From: Candidatus Micrarchaeota archaeon | GTDB lineage: Archaea; Micrarchaeota; Micrarchaeia; Anstonellales; Bilamarchaeaceae | NCBI GenBank assembly: GCA_018812715.1 | Contig: JAHJCT010000017.1 | Location: forward strand, 204,019 to 268,018 | Length of the DNA stretch: 64,000 bases | Direction: 5' to 3' | Part shown: positions 8,534 to 17,511 of the stretch, one piece after another | Layout of the letters: every line of letters starts with the position of its first letter | Position numbering within the stretch: position 1 is the first letter of the stretch | The notes under the pieces: model-generated | Told to the model about the DNA's origin: nothing | Seen by the model: only the letters and a program-made list of their open reading frames with translations | The model's database searches: none | Made by a program: the position numbers and the translations under genes

Positions 8534-11500
8534 TAACGTTCCCCTCTTCTGCTAACATACTGCATGATATGATTACGCAGGCCATTTCTTGCAGTCCTTC
8601 TATCAACTTCTACACTTAAACCTTCTCCTTCACCACTTACAGTAAGTCCATATCCTTCACGTAATTGCATGTCTCTATCTATGGTGCTAGTAAGTAATCT
8701 GTACATCTCTGCTTTGATATCTGCTCTTACAACATCTCTTGCTCTTTCTCTTGTTTCAGCATCTTCTGAATTTATTTCAGGACCATATGCATTTACCATT
8801 GCCTGTGCATCCTCTGTTAATGTTCCATCATCGTTTCTAGCTTCAATCATTCTGTCTATTGTTCCATCCAACAATGGTGTTAATGTACTTTCTTCATTTG
8901 CATAAAATCTCTGTGCTTCAGGTGATAAAGTTGCTGGAGGTGCATGAACTTCTTCAACATCAATCTGATCCTCTCTTCTGGGAGTCATTACTTCAAATCC
9001 AGGCCGTCTAACATATTGTGCTTCAAATTCTTCTCCAACCGGCTCCACTGTTTCTTCTCTTGTTACAGTTCCTCTGCTTCTTTCTCTTTCTTCCCTGGCT
9101 TGTTCTTCAGCAGGTGTTGCTCCATCCCACCAGCCGTTTGATCTGTACACTGTAGCCCTGCGGTCTAGATATTCGTATATTTCAGTGTATCTTCCAGGTC
9201 CTGGGACAGTGCTATGTTGCGAAGCATCTTCTATTATTTCTAAAACATGCCCGCGGATATTGTCTCTGTGATCTAGCAGCCATCTCACAAAACCTAATCT
9301 TTCTTCATCTGATCTTTCTGCAATAAATGTAACTAAGTGTGCATTCTCAGGATCAAACAATCTTGGTTCCATATATCCAAGAACTGCTGAACCTACAAAG
9401 CCGCGTTGTCTTGCTGCTTCAACTGCTTCTCCTGGAGTTTCACTTTCTAATATTAATGCTGCAAGCTCTTGCGGATTTCCATAGATTGCGTCTCCTCCAA
9501 TAACTCTATTCTCTTCTCCGTATCTAATATCCTCAATATTAAATGCATTGAATGCAAGCAAGGCTTCATTATTTTCTCTATATTGATTGAGCAGTTGTTC
9601 ATATGTATCTCTGAATCCAGGATCAAGTGATGCCCTGACATCAAGCAATCCAAGGAATGAATTTTGTCTTATTCCTGTAACTGTTCCATCTTCTTCTATT
9701 ACTTCAATGTAAAGATTCTGTGATCTCAAATGTGCTTCAAGTACCTGATAGATATCTCTTTCACTAGTAACCTGTTGCCTTAATTCTGTTATCCTTCCTT
9801 CGCTTGTAAGATCATTCATTATATTATCTAAATATACACTGGGTATGTGTCCTCCTTGTACTGCTTCCCATAAGTAGGCAAATACATCTGTGTTTGAAGT
9901 AAGGAAATCTACTCTTTGTCCGCCTTCTCTTGTATATCTTCCGCTTTCCGCCTCCCCTTCACTGATCAAACCAGTATCTACACAGAATGCATCTGCAACT
10001 GCATCCCTGAAATCTATCACAAGTCCTCTTTCTCTCCATTGTGGTATACGCAGATCAAATAAATCCGTAATATCTACTTCTTCTTTTCTTTCTTGCGAAA
10101 GAATTCCTTGCACATCATCAACAGTCAATCCCCATGGTTCAAGGATTGCTGCAAGCTCTGCCTCTCTTCTATCTTCTGCATCTCCTCTCCTCATATCACT
10201 CAATAGATCATTTATGTCATCTAATCTTCCGCCCATCTCTCTTCCGTCAGCAACTATCTCTCCAAGTCTTCTTGGTTCTATTAGTATGTCTGTTCTTTGA
10301 AGCAATTGATTAAGATCTTCTACATTTCCAGGTCTCCTATCTCTACCTCTTGGAAGAGCATTGGGCATGTGGAAGAAGAATCGCCTCCCTTCTTCAGTTG
10401 CAAGCCATTCCAAATCTTCATCACTGGCTCCGGCACAAAGATTTCCAAAGTCTCTTTCGCATAGCCTTCTTCCTTCTTCAACTGATCCGGCACTATTAAG
10501 TGAATTGTACCATGGCAATAGAACATTATCCCACGCGTAATTTCCAATCACATACCAGGCTATAGCCTGCGGTATTAAGTAAGGAGAATTCCTTAATCCT
10601 GCTCTTATCCTCCCTCCCGGAACTGCATTTCTTATGGAATTAACAAATCTTCTTGCTCCCCAATTAGTGAGTGGTTCCCAATTGTTGAGAAATCTAAGAA
10701 TTCTCCATCCAATATTTATTGCATCGTCCCTTAATGGTCTTGTATCTCTTGCAAATACATCTGCAGCAGTGCTTGCTTGGTCTAAAACTTGATTTATTCT
10801 TGGTCTTAATGCATTTATTGCTGAAAATTCTTGTGCAAATGCCGGGTCTTGACTAATATTTCTTACAAAACCTTCTAACGGAGTTCTCATTTCTCTTGGC
10901 ACAAACTGTGGTTCTGCTCCTTCTACAGCTCTGCCTTGTTCCAATACATTCAATATCTCGTCTACAGTTCTATTATTTTGCACTGCATCTCTGTAAATCT
11001 CTGCAGCTTCCCTTCCATATCTTTCCCTTACTGCTCTTTCAACTTCAGGACTTCTCAGAATCTCAGTTAACACATCATTAACATTTCCACCTTGGGAACT
11101 ACGCTCAAGAAGAGTACGCCTAATTACATTTGTTACTGGTTCATCAGCTATTGGAATTTCTCTTATTCTTCCTTCCACACTGTTTTGAACTCCAGCCAAT
11201 TCGCGAACAAGCATCTGAGGCGGAATTATGTCACTACCTTCTAATCTAGGCAATAATGATGCTCTTTCCAGCGGCGTGTATTCAATTCCAAGCAATTCCT
11301 GTGTTCTTAAAAGCGGTGCCAATTCACCCCGTTGTGCTTCAATTGCCCTTATCATCACTTCTACATCATTTGCAGAAAATCCTTCACGTGCTTGCACTGC
11401 CATATAATCTTCAGGACTTATTCCAGCATTTCTTGCCCCGCTTTCAATTGTTCTTCCTGTTCTATTTAATATATCTCTAAGTACTGGATCTGTTTCAGCT

Positions 11501-14500
11501 AATGTTTCAAGTTGTGCCCTTACATTTGGCCTTGAGTATATGCGTCTTAATAAATTCCAATAGCCACTAGTCTCCCCTCTTGCCGTTTGTGCTGTGTCGT
11601 ATAAAGATTTCATGATATCTGCTATTCTCTGAGGACTAGAATTCAACAGGTTTTCAAGTTCTACTGCCTCTGTTCTTGCTGTTTGTGCTTCTTGCTCTGC
11701 AACCCTTATCTCTTCTGGTCTTGCCCCTCCTTCTCTAAGTTCTTCTACTCTGACTTCAAGTTCAGTAGCTCTTGTGCGTGCCCTACTTATTTCTAATTGT
11801 GCCAATTCAGGATCTAATACCATATCCAAAGTATTTCTAACTCCTTCGCCTGTTGTACTAAGTACTTCTTCAGCTTCAGGAAGTTCGGCCCTTGCATTTC
11901 TCTCTACTCTATCGCTTCTCCAATTTTGCCAGCGCTCTCTTCCAAATCTATACATTCGTTCAAAGCGTCCCCATCTTACTTCTGGTATTGGCCGAACTGG
12001 TCCACCACCTCCACCCTGGCCCCCACCAACGGTTGTATCAACAGGACCTATTCCTCCTTGTTGCACTCCTGGTGGCCTTGCTCCTCCCTCTTCAGCCATT
12101 GCTCTTACTTCAGGCATCTGCCTTATCATCATTGGACCTTCGCCTTCAACAAGATGAGGCCTGCGTGCCATTTCACTTGCAACAACATCTTCTATGTAAT
12201 AGTTGTAATCATTCACTGCCATTGCAACAGCTTCAGGTTCAAACATTGCTTCTATTTGTGATCTTGCATTTTCCAAAGCACGTTGTGAAAATGGAGTTGC
12301 TTCTCCAGTTTCAAAGTAATGCCTTACACTTGGATTCCTGATAAGTCCATCTATTATTTCTGCAACTTCAGGATTTTCTGCCCTTATATTCTCTAATGTT
12401 TGTTGTGCTGCAGCTCTATGAACTACATTTTCTCTTGCTGTTGTTCCTTCAGGTGTTAGCAATCCCTCAAGCAGCCAATCCAATCTTCCTGGCTGCAATG
12501 TTCCTGTGCTTTCAACTTCTGTTACTGGTCTTCCGCCTCTTGGCCCTGGCGTTGGAGGTTCTGGGCCTCTGAATATCATATCAATTACACTTGTCATATT
12601 TCCTCGTGCAAGTGGTGTCATTTCTCCTGTTACTAGGGCCTCTGGAACATGCATAAAGCTTGTATTTCCAATGCTGCCCGTCTCCATAAACTGCATTATT
12701 CTTCCTTGTACTTCCTCAGGCAGTGTTCTCAACCGTGCCTGTGCACCATCCCTTACAGTCGGGTCTTCACTTCTCAACTCTCTCATGAATTCAAACATTT
12801 CTTCTGGGGTTCGAAGTCTTTGTGCTTCTCTAACTGAAGGAATTTCATTAGGTTCTATTTCAATTGGAACCTCTCGCGGTTCCGGTGCCCTTATCTCTTC
12901 AGCTACAAGCTCAGTTTCTGTTCTTGCTTCTGTTGTTCCTCTTACTGGTCTGGCTCTCATAGCTTGCCATCCACGTGACCCTGCCATATGTGCCCATGGG
13001 AAAGCGGCCATTGCAGTTAGGAAAATTCCCTCCCGCATATTCCCTTCTGAAAAGGCATCAACTGCATGATATCCCATATATCCTGAGAAACCAACTCCAA
13101 TTCCAATGTTTGTATAATTAAGGGCTCTTACCACTTGTGTCATTCTAGTAGCATATGCAGTTCCTTGTGCAAACTGTGCTTCTGTACGTAAAACGCCTGC
13201 AAGTCCTCCGATACCCATAGTTGCTATTATCCCACCAAACATCAACCACGATGTCCAACTTGCTTCTCCTTGTACCCGGTATTCTGTAACTATCTGATCA
13301 AATGCCATAGTTGCAAAGAGCGACCCACCAAAAAGTTGTCCTCCAGGTACGAGACACGCTACAACCCCAACAGCAGTTAGTCCAACTGTAGTCCAAAATT
13401 GGTGGTCTGCTACTCGTTCCTGCATTCGATCTATGATTGCATTAGCATCATCAAATCTTCCCATGCCAACAAGGGCATATACATTGCCTTGATCGACAGC
13501 ATACTCTGCAAACATCTGGCTTCCTGAATCTGCAGGAATTGCGAATATTGATGCTTCAACAATTCTTGCACCATTCAAATCCAACTGCATTCTCTCTTGT
13601 GATCCAGACCCTCCTCTACCAAAGAGAATATAATGCATCGAATCTGTTTGCATTTCTCTGTAAGCATCCCAATAAGATCTATCTGGTTCGCTTCTCATAA
13701 ATTCTGCAAAATCTTCTGGGAAAAATATTGCCTCTCCTAATCGTTCTGCACCTTCAAGGAAGTTTTCAATACCTGTAGCAGTTAAATTCATCGCACTTCT
13801 TCCTTCATATGATGCCATAGCAGTTATCCTATGATCTATAGCAGCTTCATATGCTTCTTCAGCTTCCTGGAACCTTCCCTCCAAAATAAGATTTTGAGCT
13901 CTTTGCAAATCAGTATTACAATCTCTTAAATTATCTTCTGCTAAACTAAATCTATCTCCACCCCCAATTCTTATCATTCTTAGATATTCATCGTTTACTT
14001 CTATCTGCTGTCCTATCTGTGAATAAGCCATGGCTGCCCTGCTTTCTCCTTGCACTAATTCGAGCAGATAACTCATCACAGTTCCGCCTCTTAGCCCCTC
14101 TCCATATATTGGCAGATCATCTGTAGTATATTCTATCCCATCCATCTGTGTAAGCAGAGCATCTACTTCGGTAGAAAGATATATCACTTGCCTTAATCTT
14201 CCCATCTCAAGGTCTGATACTGCTCCAAATGTCTCTGGATGCTGTTCAATATAATCTGCCATTAAAGAAAGGCCATTGCTTGTTGTAGTAAATGCGCCTA
14301 CATCATGGCCATAATCCCATGCTGTTTGCCAAGCTCTTTCTCCTGTTGTTCCTCCTCCGCACATGTTTATGACATAAGCTCGGAATGCTTCAGTAAGTGC
14401 ATCATTTCCTTGCCTAAGTATTACTTCAGCATCTACTACTGTACTTCGTCTATGCACTCTTGTAGCAATTAATGACAATCGGTTCCAATATGTTTCACTT

Positions 14501-17097
14501 GCTTGTTCATATTCTCTTAAATTTCCACTAAAAGCCGCTTCTCTAAGTTCTTCAAGATCACTTCTTAAGCTATGCAATGGATAATCTCTGGCTATTGTTA
14601 AATCGCGCTCCCCATGACTTCTTTCATAACCTCTTATCTGTTCAGCAGTAACATATGCTGGAAATGTTCCATCCTCATTTCTTTCACCGAGTGGAATTTG
14701 TCCGGCTTCTACACCTTCTGCTATCGGCTCTCTTCCCCAGTAAATACCTGTTAATCTGTTATAATCAGCAATAAGCATTTCTGTTTGTACGATTCTTCTT
14801 GTTCCTCTATCAAACTGTTGTGCAGCTGCATAATGCTCTTCATCTGTTCCTGCATGCATTTCCATTTCTATTGCTTCAAGCATTATCCTTCTGCCTCTTC
14901 TGTATCCATATGGCACTTCTTCAGTTCCTTCTCGAATCATGCGTTCATGAGTAAATAGTTCATATCTCCAGCCTTCCTCTCTTCCTCCTTCAGCTGCACC
15001 ATAATAATCTCTTATATATTGCAGCAATAGATTTGCTCCCCGATAATCTCCAGCTTCGACTCTTTCTCTTACAATTCCTAATGCTTCATTTATTGTTGTT
15101 CTCCCAACTCCTCTTCTTTGTGCAAATGTCTCCAATCTGTTTGCTTCTGCTTCTATGTAAACTATCTGCGCTAAGTTGAAGCTTTCCATGAAGGCACCAT
15201 CATCACCTGGTTCGCCTTGTGCCATAGCCTGCAATTGTGTCTCCATTCCACTTAGGTGTATTGCATTTTCATCCGTAATTCTGGTGACTCTTCCATTGCT
15301 TACTACTCCAAGCCTTTGCACAGAATCAACATACATTGCAAGAAGTGTAAGTACTCTTGCTGCTTCTTGTGCATTCCCTTGTCTTGCAAGTTCTTCTGCA
15401 CGTTCAAGTGTTTGATTTACTATCCCTATCTGGAAAGTCATTCTTCTTGAACTCCAGTTTTCAATCAGTTCTCTGAATTGATCTGTTTCTCCTCTAACCT
15501 GGTGGTAAATCATTCCTATATTGAACTGCTCACTGGCATCTTCTCCTGCCATTTCACTTTGAAGTGCTTGTTCTATTGTTTCGCGTCCTTCCCAATCCCC
15601 CCAGCGATGCCCTTCATTTCTGTCATAATAAAATGAAATCATGTAAAGTAATCTTCTTGCTCCTTCGAAATCACCAAGCTTGAATCTTTCATCTGCAATG
15701 GCTGCTGCATTTCTGATAAGTTCTCTTCTCTCTTGCCCTCTTCTTCCTGTAATTGCTTGGAACCCTTCAATATCTACAAGCATGTGTGCCATGTCCATTT
15801 CAGTTGAATACTGTGCAAGCATTGATGAAGTAGGGCTTCTTCCTTCAATTATTATATTATATATTGTCTGATAACTCGGCAGATAATCTACTGCATGCCT
15901 ATCTAATTGTCTTGCAGACCGTTCAAGCAATCCTAAAGAAATGGCAAGTGCTGCAAGATTTCTATCTCCTCTTTGCAGTGCATCAAGTGCCTGTTGACCA
16001 TACCATTCCGGACTTTCTTCTGTTACTCTTCCTGTTCCACGTAAACTAGTAGCAATCATAGTCAGGTTTGCATCTCTTTCTTCTTCGCTTAATGGCATCT
16101 CTCTTCCAATTGTCATGAAATAGCTGGTTGTAATTCTTTCAAATTCCAACTGACCAATTATTTGTCCTTGTTCAAGTCTTCTGATTATTTCATCTAGTTC
16201 ATGCCTGAGATTTTCCATTTGCTGTCTCATCTGTTCATTTGTCTGTTGTTCTATTGCAAGTGCTATCTCATCTCTCCATTGGCTGAAGACTGTTGTGTTT
16301 ATCTCAGTCCATTGGTCCTTTATTGTTCCTATATTAGCTTCAAAAGACCAAAGCGATTGTCTATCTTCATGTTCCTGTTCACTAGTATACCCAATCCTTT
16401 GCCTCCCCTGGTTTCCTCTCTCCACTATAAAACCAAAGAGTGCATTTCTTTCCATTTCTACAGCTGAATTGTCGATATTGTAAATAGGAATATTCTCAAC
16501 GTACAATCTCCCTGCTTTTAGTACTGCCTCTGCTCTGCCGTGATTTGTTGTTGCAATATCTAATACAGAAGCTTCCAGGCTATCAAAAATAGTTTCAAGT
16601 GCATCTTCTGATTCCACGCCAGGAATCTGAATATTTTCAGGCATGCCCCCCGTTAGCATATGTAATTCTATATCAAATACATCTCCGACTGTTCTGAGCA
16701 TTGCCCTTGATCTTGTTATCATGTGGAATGATGCAGCAATGTTTCCTTCTCCACCAGTTGTTCTTGCATCATTTAATATCTGCTGAACTAAATCGAGTTC
16801 ATCCGTATACCTTTCTCCAAGTATTGGCAGTGCAGTTACTCTTAATCTCACTTGTTCCAATGTTTCTTCTGTTCTTTCTACTTCTGAATTAATGTATTCA
16901 ATAGTTGCATCATCAGGCCTGACAGTTAAGGTTCGCGCATGATCCTGGAGTGCACTAATCTCTCCAAGCACTTCATCCAATCCCTGTTCTAATTCTCTTC
17001 TTTGTTCATCCATTGCTTCTATTCTTGTTGGAATGATTGCAATTGGTAATCGTGTAATCTCCTCCTCTTCAGGTCTTTCTATTGTTGTTCCTCCCAT
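8533..17097 (-). CDS. Giant membrane protein, 2854 aa. TPR-like N-terminal region, central block of 4-5 TM helices, repeat modules, Trp-rich module and a conserved C-terminal domain.
   Basis: Single uninterrupted ORF. TPR-like segments (GDFEGARRLLYMISFYY, GDYRGANLLLQYIRDYY). Hydrophobic helices around 12960-13390 (FWTTVGLTAVGVVACLVPGG, WLMFGGIIATMGIGGLAGVL, IFLTAMAAFPWAHMA). IEAQRGELAPLL matches the VEAQREHLAPLL repeat of the upstream giant. Trp-rich module 10480-10700. C-terminal YRLLTSTIDRDMQLREGYGLTVSGEGEGLSVEV is shared with the 1463-aa protein. Confidence 0.85.
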   Translation of the reverse strand: MGGTTIERPEEEEITRLPIAIIPTRIEAMDEQRRELEQGLDEVLGEISALQDHARTLTVRPDDATIEYINSEVERTEETLEQVRLRVTALPILGERYTDELDLVQQILNDARTTGGEGNIAASFHMITRSRAMLRTVGDVFDIELHMLTGGMPENIQIPGVESEDALETIFDSLEASVLDIATTNHGRAEAVLKAGRLYVENIPIYNIDNSAVEMERNALFGFIVERGNQGRQRIGYTSEQEHEDRQSLWSFEANIGTIKDQWTEINTTVFSQWRDEIALAIEQQTNEQMRQQMENLRHELDEIIRRLEQGQIIGQLEFERITTSYFMTIGREMPLSEEERDANLTMIATSLRGTGRVTEESPEWYGQQALDALQRGDRNLAALAISLGLLERSARQLDRHAVDYLPSYQTIYNIIIEGRSPTSSMLAQYSTEMDMAHMLVDIEGFQAITGRRGQERRELIRNAAAIADERFKLGDFEGARRLLYMISFYYDRNEGHRWGDWEGRETIEQALQSEMAGEDASEQFNIGMIYHQVRGETDQFRELIENWSSRRMTFQIGIVNQTLERAEELARQGNAQEAARVLTLLAMYVDSVQRLGVVSNGRVTRITDENAIHLSGMETQLQAMAQGEPGDDGAFMESFNLAQIVYIEAEANRLETFAQRRGVGRTTINEALGIVRERVEAGDYRGANLLLQYIRDYYGAAEGGREEGWRYELFTHERMIREGTEEVPYGYRRGRRIMLEAIEMEMHAGTDEEHYAAAQQFDRGTRRIVQTEMLIADYNRLTGIYWGREPIAEGVEAGQIPLGERNEDGTFPAYVTAEQIRGYERSHGERDLTIARDYPLHSLRSDLEELREAAFSGNLREYEQASETYWNRLSLIATRVHRRSTVVDAEVILRQGNDALTEAFRAYVINMCGGGTTGERAWQTAWDYGHDVGAFTTTSNGLSLMADYIEQHPETFGAVSDLEMGRLRQVIYLSTEVDALLTQMDGIEYTTDDLPIYGEGLRGGTVMSYLLELVQGESRAAMAYSQIGQQIEVNDEYLRMIRIGGGDRFSLAEDNLRDCNTDLQRAQNLILEGRFQEAEEAYEAAIDHRITAMASYEGRSAMNLTATGIENFLEGAERLGEAIFFPEDFAEFMRSEPDRSYWDAYREMQTDSMHYILFGRGGSGSQERMQLDLNGARIVEASIFAIPADSGSQMFAEYAVDQGNVYALVGMGRFDDANAIIDRMQERVADHQFWTTVGLTAVGVVACLVPGGQLFGGSLFATMAFDQIVTEYRVQGEASWTSWLMFGGIIATMGIGGLAGVLRTEAQFAQGTAYATRMTQVVRALNYTNIGIGVGFSGYMGYHAVDAFSEGNMREGIFLTAMAAFPWAHMAGSRGWQAMRARPVRGTTEARTETELVAEEIRAPEPREVPIEIEPNEIPSVREAQRLRTPEEMFEFMRELRSEDPTVRDGAQARLRTLPEEVQGRIMQFMETGSIGNTSFMHVPEALVTGEMTPLARGNMTSVIDMIFRGPEPPTPGPRGGRPVTEVESTGTLQPGRLDWLLEGLLTPEGTTARENVVHRAAAQQTLENIRAENPEVAEIIDGLIRNPSVRHYFETGEATPFSQRALENARSQIEAMFEPEAVAMAVNDYNYYIEDVVASEMARRPHLVEGEGPMMIRQMPEVRAMAEEGGARPPGVQQGGIGPVDTTVGGGQGGGGGPVRPIPEVRWGRFERMYRFGRERWQNWRSDRVERNARAELPEAEEVLSTTGEGVRNTLDMVLDPELAQLEISRARTRATELEVRVEELREGGARPEEIRVAEQEAQTARTEAVELENLLNSSPQRIADIMKSLYDTAQTARGETSGYWNLLRRIYSRPNVRAQLETLAETDPVLRDILNRTGRTIESGARNAGISPEDYMAVQAREGFSANDVEVMIRAIEAQRGELAPLLRTQELLGIEYTPLERASLLPRLEGSDIIPPQMLVRELAGVQNSVEGRIREIPIADEPVTNVIRRTLLERSSQGGNVNDVLTEILRSPEVERAVRERYGREAAEIYRDAVQNNRTVDEILNVLEQGRAVEGAEPQFVPREMRTPLEGFVRNISQDPAFAQEFSAINALRPRINQVLDQASTAADVFARDTRPLRDDAINIGWRILRFLNNWEPLTNWGARRFVNSIRNAVPGGRIRAGLRNSPYLIPQAIAWYVIGNYAWDNVLLPWYNSLNSAGSVEEGRRLCERDFGNLCAGASDEDLEWLATEEGRRFFFHMPNALPRGRDRRPGNVEDLNQLLQRTDILIEPRRLGEIVADGREMGGRLDDINDLLSDMRRGDAEDRREAELAAILEPWGLTVDDVQGILSQERKEEVDITDLFDLRIPQWRERGLVIDFRDAVADAFCVDTGLISEGEAESGRYTREGGQRVDFLTSNTDVFAYLWEAVQGGHIPSVYLDNIMNDLTSEGRITELRQQVTSERDIYQVLEAHLRSQNLYIEVIEEDGTVTGIRQNSFLGLLDVRASLDPGFRDTYEQLLNQYRENNEALLAFNAFNIEDIRYGEENRVIGGDAIYGNPQELAALILESETPGEAVEAARQRGFVGSAVLGYMEPRLFDPENAHLVTFIAERSDEERLGFVRWLLDHRDNIRGHVLEIIEDASQHSTVPGPGRYTEIYEYLDRRATVYRSNGWWDGATPAEEQAREERERSRGTVTREETVEPVGEEFEAQYVRRPGFEVMTPRREDQIDVEEVHAPPATLSPEAQRFYANEESTLTPLLDGTIDRMIEARNDDGTLTEDAQAMVNAYGPEINSEDAETRERARDVVRADIKAEMYRLLTSTIDRDMQLREGYGLTVSGEGEGLSVEVDRRTARNGLRNHIMQYVSRRGER

Positions 17098-17106
17098 TTT
17101 TTCACC

Positions 17107-17430
17107 TCAAGTATATTCCTTACACATAAGTACAAAATCCTGCAGCCTCTCAAGTCTCGCCTTTTCATTATCTTTTCCTTTCACTGCTTTTTTCTGCCAT
17201 TCAACCAGCTCATCATGGAATTTTCTTATTTTTTCTATCTGTGGCTCCATACTCCTGCTTTTTACCTTTGAAGCCTCCCATTTTGCAAGGAATTTTTCTA
17301 TTACAGTAATAGTATGATTTACCCTGTTTATTGTATTTTTTTCAACAGAAGCAGCATCAGTCTTAACAGGTATTTTCTTCTTGGAGATTTTTTTCTTTTT
17401 TGAAGATTTTTTCTTAGCCATCAGAAGCAC
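17107..17430 (-). CDS. Small lysine-rich protein (107 aa) immediately upstream of the 2854-aa gene
   Basis: Its ORF ends 9 nt before the giant's start codon. K-rich and AT-rich like the housekeeping genes, not like the giants. The N-terminus MAKKKSSKKKKISKKK suggests nucleic-acid or acidic-partner binding. No family recognised. Confidence 0.45.
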   Translation of the reverse strand: MLLMAKKKSSKKKKISKKKIPVKTDAASVEKNTINRVNHTITVIEKFLAKWEASKVKSRSMEPQIEKIRKFHDELVEWQKKAVKGKDNEKARLERLQDFVLMCKEYT

Positions 17431-17511
17431 CTAAAAATTTATGGCGCTCCAACTTTATAAATTTGTACTATTTCACATAGAATTAGAAAAATATTATAAA
17501 AAATAAAAGAA

